Origin: a bacterium
GTDB taxonomy: Bacteria > SAR324 > XYD2-FULL-50-16
Length of the DNA stretch: 64,000 nucleotides
Direction of reading: 5' to 3'
NCBI GenBank assembly: GCA_032250835.1
Contig: JAVVEA010000005.1
Span: 64,001-128,000 of the forward strand
Below the pieces are notes generated by a model that made no database searches, was not told where the DNA came from, and saw only the letters and a program-made list of their open reading frames with translations. This document shows positions 37,764-47,962 of this stretch, piece by piece; the first letter of the stretch is position 1; each line of letters starts with the position of its first letter. A program made the position numbers and the translations under genes.

Positions 37764-39034
37764 TCGATGAAGCGGTGGGACCACAACGCGCGTTGTTGGT
37801 GTCGGTGCATATCAAGGGCGAAGACCTCTCTTTAGCCGAGGAATCGCTCAAAGAACTAGAAAACCTAGCGCTCACCTTGGATTTTGAGGTCGTCGGGCAG
37901 GTGATCCAATCACGCAGTTCGCCGGACTCAAGGACCTTTTTAGGCCAAGGTAAGCTTGAAGAGATCCAGCAACTGGCCGAGTCCGCTGAGGCCAACCTGC
38001 TGATTGTGGACCATGAGTTGAGCCCGAACCAGGGTAAGAACCTGGAGCGAGAAATGGGTTTTATGGTGATCGACCGGACCCAGCTGATTTTAGAAATCTT
38101 CTTTGATCACGCCAAAACCCCCGAAGCCAAAGCCCAGGTGGAGTTGGCCCAACTCAAATACATGTTGCCTCGTTTGGTGGGCATGTGGGCCCACTTGGAC
38201 CGTGAAAAAGGCGGCATCGGGGCCAGCCGGGGGACCGGGGAAAAACAGATCAACATCGACCGGACCATCATCCGCAACCGCATTGCCAAGCTAGAAAAAA
38301 TCCTCCGCCAAGCCCAAAAAGACCGCGGGGTTCAGTCCAAAAGCCGGCGTGACTGTTACCAAGTAGCCATAGTGGGCTACACCAACGCCGGCAAGACTAC
38401 CTTAATGCACGAGCTTTCGGGCTTAAACCAGACCGGTGAAAACAAACTCTTTGCGACCCTAGAGTCCCGCACCCGGCAGTTAGAGGGCTTTTCAAACCCC
38501 GATCTGCTGCTTTCGGACACCGTTGGTTTTATCCAAAACTTGCCCCATGGCTTGGTTGCCAGCTTCCGCTCGACCCTTTCGGTGGTCCGCGAAGCCGACC
38601 TGTTGATGCACGTCGCCGACGCCAACAGCCCCATTTTAAGCCAACACCTTGAGACCACCTTTAACGTCTTAGGCGAGATTGGTGCCGGCGAGGTGCCCCA
38701 GATCTTGGTCTTTAACAAAGCCGACTTGGTCACCGATCCCGAGCGACTGGTTTGGCTCAAGAGCCGCTACCCCGGCAGCATCGCCGTCTCTAGTTTTGAC
38801 CGCGAGGGTTTGGCCCAACTCCTAAAGCTTATCCAGGGGCATTTTGCTAAGAATTTCATTTCCCAAGAGCTGCTCATCCCCTATAATCGCTCCGAATGGG
38901 TGAACCGGGTGCACCAGCTGGCCCAGGTGAAATCTCAGGCCTATGAGGAAGAAGGGGTGCGCATAACCTACCGCACTACGGCGGCGAACCAGAAGATGCT
39001 CGAATCGTTGATGCGAAATCAGGAGAACAAATGA
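37760..39034 (+). CDS. hflX: GTPase HflX
   Basis: LILEIF, AQVELAQL, GYTNAGKTT, DTVGFI, NKAD; ATG 37760 overlaps the fmt stop. Confidence 0.95.
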   Translation: MIDEAVGPQRALLVSVHIKGEDLSLAEESLKELENLALTLDFEVVGQVIQSRSSPDSRTFLGQGKLEEIQQLAESAEANLLIVDHELSPNQGKNLEREMGFMVIDRTQLILEIFFDHAKTPEAKAQVELAQLKYMLPRLVGMWAHLDREKGGIGASRGTGEKQINIDRTIIRNRIAKLEKILRQAQKDRGVQSKSRRDCYQVAIVGYTNAGKTTLMHELSGLNQTGENKLFATLESRTRQLEGFSNPDLLLSDTVGFIQNLPHGLVASFRSTLSVVREADLLMHVADANSPILSQHLETTFNVLGEIGAGEVPQILVFNKADLVTDPERLVWLKSRYPGSIAVSSFDREGLAQLLKLIQGHFAKNFISQELLIPYNRSEWVNRVHQLAQVKSQAYEEEGVRITYRTTAANQKMLESLMRNQENK

Positions 39035-39591
39035 AATATTGGTTGATTGCTTGTCTGCTTTTATTGCCCAGCTTCGCTGGCGCGGCCCCCCAAGAGGGCT
39101 CTATCTTGCCCCCATTGGTCTTAGAGGGTGACAATGGCGGCTTGGTCCAAGGCGGAGCCTTCCGCTCAGAAGACTTTAAAGGCAAAATTGTGGTCCTTTT
39201 TTACGTAGATCCAGACGAAAAAGACCTCAACCAGCCAGCCGTAGAAGCCCTAGCTGCACTGCCCAAGGTAGACGCGGTGCAGAGCGTTGCGGTCATCAAC
39301 TTGGCGGCCACCTGGCTGCCCAATTCGGTGATTGCCAGCAAGCTGGAAACGAGCCAAAAAGAACACCCTTTGACCATCTATGCCAAGGACTTGGAAAAAG
39401 TTTTGGTGAAGCAGTGGAACGCCGGGGACGACACTTACATGATCGCGTTGATCGGTGCCGACGGCAAAGTGCTCTTTGCCAAAGATGGCAAGCTGAACGA
39501 CGGCGACATCAACCGGTTGGTCAATACCCTCAAGCAGGCAGCTCAAGCTTTGACGGGGAAATCCATGGAAGACCTTCCGCCGAAAGGCTGA
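39031..39591 (+). CDS. YtfJ-family periplasmic thioredoxin-fold protein
   Basis: Signal peptide; LFYVDPDEKDLN, AVINLAATWLP. Confidence 0.7.
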   Translation: MKYWLIACLLLLPSFAGAAPQEGSILPPLVLEGDNGGLVQGGAFRSEDFKGKIVVLFYVDPDEKDLNQPAVEALAALPKVDAVQSVAVINLAATWLPNSVIASKLETSQKEHPLTIYAKDLEKVLVKQWNAGDDTYMIALIGADGKVLFAKDGKLNDGDINRLVNTLKQAAQALTGKSMEDLPPKG

Positions 39592-40369
39592 TCAAATACC
39601 CCCCCTCCTTTACTGAGCCTCCGGCATTGACGGACCAAAAGTCCGTCTCTGCAAAGGGCTGAAAGGCCCAACTGTGGTGGATATGGCCATGCAAATAGCC
39701 CCGCACCCCCGGCTGCTTCAGCAATTGAAGCACTTCTTTTCTGCCCGCTAAGCTGTGGCTAAAAGCTTCGGACTGCCCGCCGGGGTAGACCAAGGGATAA
39801 TGCCCGTACAAAAGCTTTTGGTGGTTCGGGTAGGCGGCCAGTAGGTCACGGTAGGCCTGTAGATTCCAAGCCAGTTTTCCCTTCGAATGCAGTCCCGTGG
39901 GCCGCGACATGGGCAGCTCTAAAAACATCCACCCCTGCGGGTCGATCAAGAAGTGGGGGCCCTGGTGTTCGGTGTCGATGAAAGGGAAGCAATCGCCAAA
40001 GTGCAACTCTAATAGCTTTTCTTGCGTTGCGCTGCGGGTGTAGCGGTCATGATTGCCCGCGGTCAGCAGGACTCTACCGGGCACTTTCGAAAGCAGGGGT
40101 TCGAGCGCCGCGCGGGCTTCTAAAAATTCAGCCGAGGTGGAGAGATGGGTTAGATCACCCGAGAGGATCAGGTAATCAAAATCCAGATCCATACAATATT
40201 CAATCAGCGCCAACTTGCGCTCCTCAGCAAAGCGCCGTTTGCGGTTGAATTTACGGTTGGCAAAGCCCAGCAAGCGTTTATTAAAGAGCCCGCCTTCGCG
40301 CTGAAGTAAACCCAAGCTCAGCTGGCCATCGCCAAAATGTAAATCCGAAAGGTGTAAGACCTGGAGCAT
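39530..40369 (-). CDS. Calcineurin-like metallophosphoesterase
   Basis: SDLH, SGDLT, GNHD, HYP, HGHIH. Confidence 0.9.
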   Translation of the reverse strand: MLQVLHLSDLHFGDGQLSLGLLQREGGLFNKRLLGFANRKFNRKRRFAEERKLALIEYCMDLDFDYLILSGDLTHLSTSAEFLEARAALEPLLSKVPGRVLLTAGNHDRYTRSATQEKLLELHFGDCFPFIDTEHQGPHFLIDPQGWMFLELPMSRPTGLHSKGKLAWNLQAYRDLLAAYPNHQKLLYGHYPLVYPGGQSEAFSHSLAGRKEVLQLLKQPGVRGYLHGHIHHSWAFQPFAETDFWSVNAGGSVKEGGYLISLSAEGLPWISPSKLELPA

Positions 40370-40371
40370 CG

Positions 40372-41568
40372 TTAGCGCCCTCGGTCTGCGCTGATCTTAT
40401 ACCGCCGATTTGCGATGCGAGCCCCACTTAAGCCCAAACTGGATTTGCGCCGCGCCAAGTCCAAGGCCTTTTGCGCTTCCGCCTGACTTAGGTAAAAGCC
40501 CGCCTCTAGTTGATAAAGATACCCATTGGCATCTTTTTTCTGGGAAAGATAAAGCACGTCAAAATACCCGCCCACCTGGGCCATCTCGCTCAAGCCTTCA
40601 CCTAGACTGCGGTAGCTGGCCAGATCCAGGCAATAGGGGCGGCTGCGCTGCACCCCAAAATCCATCACCTCTAAATCCACCTCATCGAACTCGGGCAACA
40701 CCGGCCAGAGTTGGTGCTGGATCAAAGGTTCTTCAGGGAAGGCCCCTTGGATTTCGTTGGCCAATTGGACCGTTTCATATTCAGACTCGTAAAAGCCCAC
40801 CCGCAGCTTGTATAAAAACTGGTCGCCCTCTTTGGTCGGCCGGGGTTCGTCGCTGCGGCTCCAATAGACATAATATCCCTGATTAACCAAGGCCTCAGCT
40901 AAGGGCCAAGCCTTGGCGATTTCCTTGGCTGGCAGGCTAACTAGCTGGAGCGCGTAGCGGAACTTACGGGAGCGGTCAAAGCTGATCTGGCCGTTTTCGC
41001 CGCGCCCCTCTTCCTGGCTAACGATCAGCCGGGTTTCATTTTCAATGCGGTAGCTAAAATGTCCGGGCTCCACCGAGGCCAAGGGCAAGAAGGTCTTGCG
41101 TTGGCGCATCACCGCCACCACCCGAGGCTTGGACAGTTCGGTATAGACATAGGGCCGCTGCTGCAACTGCCAATGCCCTGAAGAAACCTCAAAAAGCCGA
41201 GCGGCGATCAGCTCGGCCTCGGGGCGCTCGGGCAGCACTTGATCCTCTCCGGGCAGCGGTTCGGCAGCGACCACCCGCTTGGGCTTGATCTTAGACCTCA
41301 AGATTCGCACGCCCGAATCAGTGGTGATGTCGTCGATGGCATCGCTACTCGCCTCATCGCCCGCCAAAGCGACCGCCGCATCGGCGCTGGCCTCGACCGG
41401 GGACTGAGCTTCAACCAAGCTGGCATTGGGGTCTTCTTTGCCGACGATCAATAGGTTCGCTAACAGCAACAAGCCCAAGGTCGAGGCGATTGCCAGCGGA
41501 ATCCCCCAGACCAGCCGAGCGTCGCCGCTTTCAAAGGCCCTCAGTTTTTCTGCCAAGATTTTGAACAT
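40372..41568 (-). CDS. Membrane-anchored protein with C-terminal SPOR-like repeats
   Basis: One N-terminal TM; YALQLVSL...YKLRVGFYES and YCLDLASY...YQLEAGFYLS. Confidence 0.6.
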   Translation of the reverse strand: MFKILAEKLRAFESGDARLVWGIPLAIASTLGLLLLANLLIVGKEDPNASLVEAQSPVEASADAAVALAGDEASSDAIDDITTDSGVRILRSKIKPKRVVAAEPLPGEDQVLPERPEAELIAARLFEVSSGHWQLQQRPYVYTELSKPRVVAVMRQRKTFLPLASVEPGHFSYRIENETRLIVSQEEGRGENGQISFDRSRKFRYALQLVSLPAKEIAKAWPLAEALVNQGYYVYWSRSDEPRPTKEGDQFLYKLRVGFYESEYETVQLANEIQGAFPEEPLIQHQLWPVLPEFDEVDLEVMDFGVQRSRPYCLDLASYRSLGEGLSEMAQVGGYFDVLYLSQKKDANGYLYQLEAGFYLSQAEAQKALDLARRKSSLGLSGARIANRRYKISADRGR

Positions 41569-42657
41569 CTATAAAAACTCCGGTTCCACTTCCATCAACC
41601 CCAAGGCACTCTTGGCGCTAGCTCCTAAACTCAAAGGCTCTTCGCACTTCCCGCGCCCGGCCTGCAAATAGGCCCAAGCGGTGCGCCCGATCATGGCGGC
41701 GTTATCGGTGCAGTGCACCCGGCTGGGGTAATATAGCTCTAAACCCCGCCGCTGGGCCAAAGACATCATCGCCGCACGGATCCCGCTGTTGGCGGCGACC
41801 CCTCCGGTCAAGACCAAGCGCTTGGCTTCGATGCGCCCTAAGGCCTGCTCAAAACGTTCGGTCACAATCTGCGCCACGCAATTTTGGAAGCTCGCCGCTA
41901 TATCGGCCAGCGCCAAGCGGTGGGACGCCTCAAAGTTCAGGTAGTCAGCGTATCCGAGCAGCCGTTTTTTTTCCACCCGTAATTTGCGGGCCTCCGCCTC
42001 GTTTCTAACCGCTGTTTTCAGGCCGCTAAAGCTGAAGTTAAAGGTCTTTTTCCCTTTAAAAGGGATGGGGAACTGGATGCTAGCGCTTTCTGATTCTTGG
42101 GCGATTCGGTCGATGATCGGGCCGCCGGGGTAGGCAAAACCCAGCATTTTGGCCACTTTGTCGTAGGCCTCGCCCAGGGCGTCGTCTAAAGTTTTGCCCA
42201 ACAACTTATACTCGCCTAAGCCCTCGGCCCAGACTAGATGGGTGTGCCCGCCTGAGGCAATCAGGGCCAGATAGGGAAAGTCCAGTTGGGGATGGTCCAA
42301 GAAAGGGGCCAACAAATGCCCCTCGAGGTGATCCACCGGCACCAAGGGGAGATTCCAAGACCAAGCCAAGGCTTTAGCCCAACTTAAGCCCACCAAAACC
42401 GAACCGACCAATCCCGGCGCCTGGGTCACCGCCACCGCGCTCAAGTCAGCAGGGTCTAGGCCCCGCTCCTGGCGTAGGTGTTCCATCATCAGCGGTAAGG
42501 TGACCAAATGTTTGCGCGAGGCAATCTCCGGCACTACGCCGCCAAACTTAGCATGCCAGTCGATCTGCGAACTGAGGGCTTCAAAAACCACTTGGCCCTG
42601 TCGGTCGATCAACGCCAAGGCGGAATCGTCACAGGAAGTTTCAATGGCCAGGATCAT
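41569..42657 (-). CDS. tsaD: tRNA N6-adenosine threonylcarbamoyltransferase
   Basis: ILAIETSCDD, GGVVPEIASRKH, HLEGH, SGGHT, SFSGLKT, CTDNAAMI. Confidence 0.97.
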   Translation of the reverse strand: MILAIETSCDDSALALIDRQGQVVFEALSSQIDWHAKFGGVVPEIASRKHLVTLPLMMEHLRQERGLDPADLSAVAVTQAPGLVGSVLVGLSWAKALAWSWNLPLVPVDHLEGHLLAPFLDHPQLDFPYLALIASGGHTHLVWAEGLGEYKLLGKTLDDALGEAYDKVAKMLGFAYPGGPIIDRIAQESESASIQFPIPFKGKKTFNFSFSGLKTAVRNEAEARKLRVEKKRLLGYADYLNFEASHRLALADIAASFQNCVAQIVTERFEQALGRIEAKRLVLTGGVAANSGIRAAMMSLAQRRGLELYYPSRVHCTDNAAMIGRTAWAYLQAGRGKCEEPLSLGASAKSALGLMEVEPEFL

Positions 42658-43286
42658 GGGCCCTCCGGGAATTGCCAAGCGCCGATGTAGGACGTTAATT
42701 TTTTATCCATTTCCGAATAGCCTGGATAAGCCCGTTCCTTGGCCCGGAACTCAGGCGTGTGGGCCAAGATCCGTCCGTTCTCGCGGCGGATGCCAACCGA
42801 CCGGTGCAGCAACTCATGAAAGGCCAAGTAATCCAAGATTTCCAGGGGCGCGTCTAGGCGGTCAAAGATCAAGGAAAAGGCGATCTCATCTTTGGTTGAA
42901 TTAAAATGGGCCATTTTACGGATCGTGAACTTGCCCAGCCAACGAACCTGCGGATAGCTGGTCATCTCGGGAAAATGCAGCTGTTGGACCCGCAAGACCC
43001 GCGCCGTCAAATCCTGGAAAACCCCCTGGCCCCGGCAGCGCTTTTTGGCCACTTCGGGCTTAAAATCAGGCCGCAGAATTTGTACATCCCGGGCGAAGCC
43101 ATAGGCAAAGCCGTCGGCCGGATGCAGGCGACGCCGCTTGACCCAAGGCTGCCAGAGCCCTAACATCTGTTGGTTGGTTTTATGTAAATCCAATAGCCCT
43201 TCAATGGGCCGCCCTTTGAGCAATTGACGGCGCAGGCCCGTGGCGTAGGGCTGGAAGGAGGGTGTTTTGGTCTTGAGCAGGTTCAT
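42654..43286 (-). CDS. YgjP/SprT-like zinc metallopeptidase-domain protein
   Basis: LDYLAFHELLH...HTPEF motif. Confidence 0.7.
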   Translation of the reverse strand: MNLLKTKTPSFQPYATGLRRQLLKGRPIEGLLDLHKTNQQMLGLWQPWVKRRRLHPADGFAYGFARDVQILRPDFKPEVAKKRCRGQGVFQDLTARVLRVQQLHFPEMTSYPQVRWLGKFTIRKMAHFNSTKDEIAFSLIFDRLDAPLEILDYLAFHELLHRSVGIRRENGRILAHTPEFRAKERAYPGYSEMDKKLTSYIGAWQFPEGP

Positions 43287-43331
43287 GGACTCAATGTAAA
43301 GACTGGCGCAGTGCCGGTCAAGGAAAGCAAT

Positions 43332-43682
43332 ATGGAAAGCCTCTGGAAAGGGAAAGCCGGTCCGCCGGAGCGGGAAGTGCGGTTAGAAATCCTACGATTT
43401 GGCCGAGATTATCTGGCCTGTCTAGGCGGCGGCGAGTCCCACTTGGGGGCGGTCGCCTGGGGCGGGGGTGGCTCCTTGGTGGATTACCCCCACAAAGAAG
43501 GTCCCATCGCCCGCGCCCTGGCCGCTGATTTAGGCCAGTTCTTAGACGCCCAAGTCCTAGTGGTCGCGGGATTACACTTTGCCGATCTCACCAAGCCGGG
43601 CATCCAAGAGGTCTTGACCAACGCCCGCCTGATCTGCCAGCGCTTTAAAGAGGATTGGCAGTCTGCAAAAACTGGGTCTTAA
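43332..43682 (+). CDS. Small protein of the LpdD / PAC-like family
   Basis: GGGESHLGAVA...HKEGPIA...VVAGLH pattern. Confidence 0.55.
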   Translation: MESLWKGKAGPPEREVRLEILRFGRDYLACLGGGESHLGAVAWGGGGSLVDYPHKEGPIARALAADLGQFLDAQVLVVAGLHFADLTKPGIQEVLTNARLICQRFKEDWQSAKTGS

Positions 43683-44400
43683 GACCCAGTTCCTGTTCCA
43701 AGTACGCGCCTAAGGCCTTGATCCCTAAGGTCTCGGTGGCATAGTGCCCCGCGGCGATGTAGTGGGCCCCGGCGTCCTGGGCCTGACCGAAGTTAAATTC
43801 ACTGCCTTCGCCGGTCAAGTAGGCCTGGGCCCCCGCTGCCACGGCAGCCTCGAAATATTTCTGGGCTCCTCCGCTGCAAATCGCCAACCGCTCGATTTGC
43901 TTGGGCCCGAAATCAAGCCAAACCGGGGCGCGGCCCAAGGTTTCGGTGAGCCGCTCAGTAAGGCTTTGTTTCTGGTTATATGCCGGGCGGCCCATCAACA
44001 GCATGGGACGGCCCGAATCACCTAAAACCCACTCTAAATCTTGCATCCCCAAGGCTTCGGCCAGTTGGGCGTTATTACCCAATTGGGGGTGATAGTCCAA
44101 AGGCAGGTGGTAACTCGCCGCCGCCACACCCGAAACCAACAGGGACCGGAGCTTGCGGGCAAAGGGACCAACCACCCTGGGGTCGTTCCCATCCCAAAGA
44201 ATCCCATGATGCGTGATCATCAACTCGGCACCTAGGTCTAAGGCCTGCTCGATCAATTCAGAGGTCAGCGAAACCCCTAGAGCCACCAAGCGGACCTCGC
44301 GCCCGTCTCCCTCGACCTCCATTCCGTTGGGGCAATAGTCTTTAAACTCTTGGATCTTGAGCAGTTGGTCGCAGAATTTGATCACTTCGGCTTGGTTCAC
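43645..44400 (-). CDS. Nif3-like dinuclear metal-centre protein (YbgI family)
   Basis: DYCPNG, THHG, YHLPLD, GHYATE; GTG start. Confidence 0.92.
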   Translation of the reverse strand: MNQAEVIKFCDQLLKIQEFKDYCPNGMEVEGDGREVRLVALGVSLTSELIEQALDLGAELMITHHGILWDGNDPRVVGPFARKLRSLLVSGVAAASYHLPLDYHPQLGNNAQLAEALGMQDLEWVLGDSGRPMLLMGRPAYNQKQSLTERLTETLGRAPVWLDFGPKQIERLAICSGGAQKYFEAAVAAGAQAYLTGEGSEFNFGQAQDAGAHYIAAGHYATETLGIKALGAYLEQELGLKTQFLQTANPL

Positions 44401-45134
44401 GGGACCTCCTTGACGCAACGAAAGCCCAAGTAGCTAGCCTTATAGGTTGCCGGACTAGGGGCCTGTTCCTGGTTTTTTAATTGTTGGGGGGTGGAGCCGT
44501 AAGATCCGCCTTTGATCACCATTTCCGCGTACAGGTCTTCGCGGGGTTGGTCGTCGCCCCGAAAGATCAGCGGTTGCCCGTCACGGGCGCGGGTATGGGT
44601 CCATTCCCAAAGGTTTCCGGTCATGTCCAGCAAACCTTCTGGCGTGGCCCCTTGGGGGTAGCTGCCCACCACCGATTCTCGCTCATGGCCGTCATCGACA
44701 CGCCAAAGGTGCCAGGGGGTTTTGCAGCGTTTGTCACAGATATTGGCTTGGCTCCCGTCAGGAGCGCTATCGCCCCAGGCATATAGACGGGTCGGGCCTG
44801 CCGCCAGGGTCCATTCGCGCGCGCTAGGTAGGCGCTTGCCCAAGTTTTGGCAAAACTGGGCCGCCTCGAACCAATCCACTAAGTTGGCCGGGGTCCGGCG
44901 TTCCTTAGGGAACTTGTGCTGGTATTGGGGCACGTCCTTAAAGCGGGTTTCTTGGCGGAATTTGATCAATTCGCCGACCGTCACCTCAGTGCGGTCCATC
45001 AAAAAGGGCTTCACGTCGCTATAAGCGGCTCCCCCCTCAATCTGGGCCGGGTCGATCAAGACCATGTCCGCCGCCCAAAGAACCGGGGCGCTCCAAAGCC
45101 CGATCAGACTAATCAACAGGCCATAAAATTTCAT
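44397..45134 (-). CDS. Formylglycine-generating-enzyme (SUMF1) domain protein, secreted
   Basis: RTEVT, KRLPSAREW, LLDMTGNLWEW, KGGSY, LGFRC. Confidence 0.88.
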   Translation of the reverse strand: MKFYGLLISLIGLWSAPVLWAADMVLIDPAQIEGGAAYSDVKPFLMDRTEVTVGELIKFRQETRFKDVPQYQHKFPKERRTPANLVDWFEAAQFCQNLGKRLPSAREWTLAAGPTRLYAWGDSAPDGSQANICDKRCKTPWHLWRVDDGHERESVVGSYPQGATPEGLLDMTGNLWEWTHTRARDGQPLIFRGDDQPREDLYAEMVIKGGSYGSTPQQLKNQEQAPSPATYKASYLGFRCVKEVP

Positions 45135-46341
45135 CGATGCATTCCAGGCTATGGTTCCAGGCGTCTTGTTGCTTTGCTAAAATCTCTAAGCCCCTTTGGG
45201 CCATCTGTTTTAACCTTTCGGGCTGGGCGGCCAGCGCGGCCAACTCGGCCCCTTGCTGCAACTGCACCAAGCCACCCCCCTCACAGAGCAGCGCCACCGC
45301 TTCGGTAAAGTTGGCCGTATTGGGCCCCACCACGGTGGGTTTGCCTAAGCCTACGGGCTCAATCATGTTTTGCCCACCCCGTTGGTTGAAACTTCCGCCC
45401 ACAAAGACCAAGTCGGCTAAGGCATAAAGGGTCTTTAAAACCCCTATCCGGTCCACTAGGTAAATCCCGTGCCCTGGGTAGCGGCCCTGGCTGGCTAAAT
45501 GAACCTCAAAGCCCGCTTGCTCCAACTGAGCCACAAACTCCGGGGCTTTCTCGGGGTGCCGGGGCACCAACAGGGCCCGAAACTGGTTCCGCTCTTCGCT
45601 CATTTGGCGGATCGCCGGGATCAACTCGGGCAGTTCGTCGGGCCCGAGGCTACCGCCGACCCACACAAACTCGCCGCCCTTTAAGCCACAGGCTTGGCTC
45701 CACTCCGATACCTGGGCGGCAGATGGCGGTTCGGTGAGGCCCAATTTGAGGTTTCCGGCCAATCGGCTCTGGGCCCCAAAGGCCAAAAAACCTTCGTGGC
45801 TGAGTCGGTCACAAGCCAAAATCAATTGGATTTTCTGCAACATAGGCCGGTAGGCCCAGTCTAGTTTCTGGTAGGTCTTTAGGGCCTCAGGGCCCATGCG
45901 GCCATTGACCATCAAGATCGGGATCTTTAAGGGGCCAATCAAGTTGGGCCAAAGCTCCGTCTCCACCAGCACCAAAAGGTCGGGTCCTAACCGCGCCACC
46001 AATGACTGGGTGAGCCAACTAAAATCAAAGGGTTTATACCAGACCCACTCGCCCCGGCTTTGGGCCATCTCTAAGGCAGGCTGGCGGTTGGTGGTGAAGA
46101 GGCAGGTCACCTCGCGGCGCTGGCGCAACCGGCGGGCCAACTCTAAAGCTAAGCCCATCTCGCCCACCGAGGCGGCGTGTATCCAAATCCGGGGCCCCGC
46201 TTTGGGGCCTAAGGGCCGGGGCAGGCAAAAGAAGCTCCGCCTAAACTGGTGGCGCAGCTTCGGCACCAGCAAGCCGCCCAGCAGCAAACAGGGCGAGCAA
46301 GCCAGCATCAGGATCAGATACAATCCATCAAAGAGCGTCAT
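45109..46341 (-). CDS. waaA: 3-deoxy-D-manno-octulosonic acid transferase
   Basis: WIHAASVGE, ETELWPN, VPRHPE, FVGGS...GGQNMIEP. Confidence 0.93.
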   Translation of the reverse strand: MTLFDGLYLILMLACSPCLLLGGLLVPKLRHQFRRSFFCLPRPLGPKAGPRIWIHAASVGEMGLALELARRLRQRREVTCLFTTNRQPALEMAQSRGEWVWYKPFDFSWLTQSLVARLGPDLLVLVETELWPNLIGPLKIPILMVNGRMGPEALKTYQKLDWAYRPMLQKIQLILACDRLSHEGFLAFGAQSRLAGNLKLGLTEPPSAAQVSEWSQACGLKGGEFVWVGGSLGPDELPELIPAIRQMSEERNQFRALLVPRHPEKAPEFVAQLEQAGFEVHLASQGRYPGHGIYLVDRIGVLKTLYALADLVFVGGSFNQRGGQNMIEPVGLGKPTVVGPNTANFTEAVALLCEGGGLVQLQQGAELAALAAQPERLKQMAQRGLEILAKQQDAWNHSLECIDEILWPVD

Positions 46342-46344
46342 GCC

Positions 46345-47379
46345 CTAGCGGACCGAAAGTTCCTTCACCGCCCGGACCATCGCCCGCAGGTGGTCAGGAT
46401 TCACTTCTTTGTCGATCCCGTGGCCCAGGTTGAAGATATGGCCCGAGTCTTTGCCCCATTTATCGAGCAGAATCTTGACTTCGGCGCGGATCGTTTCGGG
46501 CTTGGCGAAGAGGATATTGGGGTCTAGGTTTCCCTGAATCGCCACTTTGCCGCCAATGTTCGCCTTGGCTTGGCCTAGGTCGGCCATCCAGTCCAGACCC
46601 ACCACGTCGGCCCCGGTCGCGGCCATTTGGTCGTGCAAATGGGCACCGCCGTTGATGTAATAACAACGGGGCACCTCGCCTTGTTTCTTGAGGCCCTTGA
46701 AGATTTTCTGGACCCAGGGGAAGACCAAGCGGCGGTAATGATCGGGGCTCAAGCTACCGGCCCAGGTATCAAACAACTGGACCATCTGGGCCCCGGAGTC
46801 GATCTGGTAATTCAAGTAGTTGATCGTCATGTCGGTGAGCTTATCCATCAGCTTCGCCGCCAATTCGGGCTGGTCAAAAAAGAGCGCCTTGGTCTTAGCG
46901 AAAAGCTTGCTGCCTTCACCTTCGACGGCGTAACAAGCCAGCGTAAAGGGAGCCCCGGCAAAACCGATGACCGGCACCCGACCGGCCACTTCCTGGGTCA
47001 AAAGCTGGAGGATCTTCCCTACATAAGGCGTGCCCTCATCGGGATCGGGCACCCGTAGAGCCTCGATATCGGCGGCGCTGCGCAGCGGGTTGGCGAACTT
47101 AGGCGAGGGGTTAAAGCTCAGCTCCATCCCCATCCCTTCTAAGGGGGTCAGGATGTCCGAAAACATAATCACCGCGTCCACCTCGATCAAATCTAAAGGC
47201 TGGATGGTCACCTCGGTGGCCAGTTCTACGTTCTTGCAGAGTTGCAGGAAACTTCCGGCCTGAGCGCGGGTGGCCCGGTATTCGCTCAGGTAACGTCCCG
47301 CTTGGCGCATCACCCAAACCGGGGTCCGCTCGATCGGTTGTTTAAAGGCCGCACGCAGCAGCAAGTCGTTTTGGATCAT
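46345..47379 (-). CDS. hemE: Uroporphyrinogen decarboxylase
   Basis: PVWVMRQAGRYL, FSDIL, GFAGAPFTLACY, FNLGHG; start at MIQND. Confidence 0.96.
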   Translation of the reverse strand: MIQNDLLLRAAFKQPIERTPVWVMRQAGRYLSEYRATRAQAGSFLQLCKNVELATEVTIQPLDLIEVDAVIMFSDILTPLEGMGMELSFNPSPKFANPLRSAADIEALRVPDPDEGTPYVGKILQLLTQEVAGRVPVIGFAGAPFTLACYAVEGEGSKLFAKTKALFFDQPELAAKLMDKLTDMTINYLNYQIDSGAQMVQLFDTWAGSLSPDHYRRLVFPWVQKIFKGLKKQGEVPRCYYINGGAHLHDQMAATGADVVGLDWMADLGQAKANIGGKVAIQGNLDPNILFAKPETIRAEVKILLDKWGKDSGHIFNLGHGIDKEVNPDHLRAMVRAVKELSVR

Positions 47380-47380
47380 C

Positions 47381-47962
47381 TTATTCCTCAAAATGATGGG
47401 CTTGGTAACAATATAGGGTAAAAGGGCCGCTGCGCCAGTAATCACCGGGAAGTGAGGCCTTTTGGCACAAGGCCGTCATAAACTCTTCTTTGCTGGCCAC
47501 CTTCTCCCATACCTGGGGCAAAAAGGTGGCGCGGTGTCCCTGGGCCTCTAAGATCACCCCGTCCACATGGGGCCGCAGGGCTTCTAGTTGGCCTTCGATG
47601 CCTTCAGCTTCCACCGGTTCTGGGTCGCTCAGTAAGGAAATCTCCAGGCTAATTTGGTTCAACTCGCTGCGGTTCAAGGGCTCAAAACGCGGGTCCTCAA
47701 AGGCGGCGGCGCGGGCCATCTGGGGCACCAGCTCGATCAAGGGCGACTGGGCAGCCAGCTGGCCGATACAGCCCCGCAGTTCACCTTGCAGTGTCAGGGT
47801 CACAAAACAACCGCGGACCAGTTCAAAGTCCGGTTCCCAATAGTCCTCGGCGTCATACTCTTTTTGGAGCAACCGGTGCTCCAACTCAGCGCGGGCCAGG
47901 GCTAGCAGTTTCTTTTTCTGTTCATCGTTGAGAAATTTAGGCTTCAAAATGATATGTTTCAC
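47381..47962 (-). CDS. amrA: AMMECR1-domain protein (AmmeMemoRadiSam protein A)
   Basis: GCFVTL...LRGCIG, AAFEDPRF, ATFLPQVW; start uncertain. Confidence 0.88.
   Translation of the reverse strand: MKHIILKPKFLNDEQKKKLLALARAELEHRLLQKEYDAEDYWEPDFELVRGCFVTLTLQGELRGCIGQLAAQSPLIELVPQMARAAAFEDPRFEPLNRSELNQISLEISLLSDPEPVEAEGIEGQLEALRPHVDGVILEAQGHRATFLPQVWEKVASKEEFMTALCQKASLPGDYWRSGPFTLYCYQAHHFEE

Noticed and set aside
47381-47962. Complete AmmeMemoRadiSam system
   Set aside because: Only the A protein is present; no Memo or radical SAM gene is in the window.
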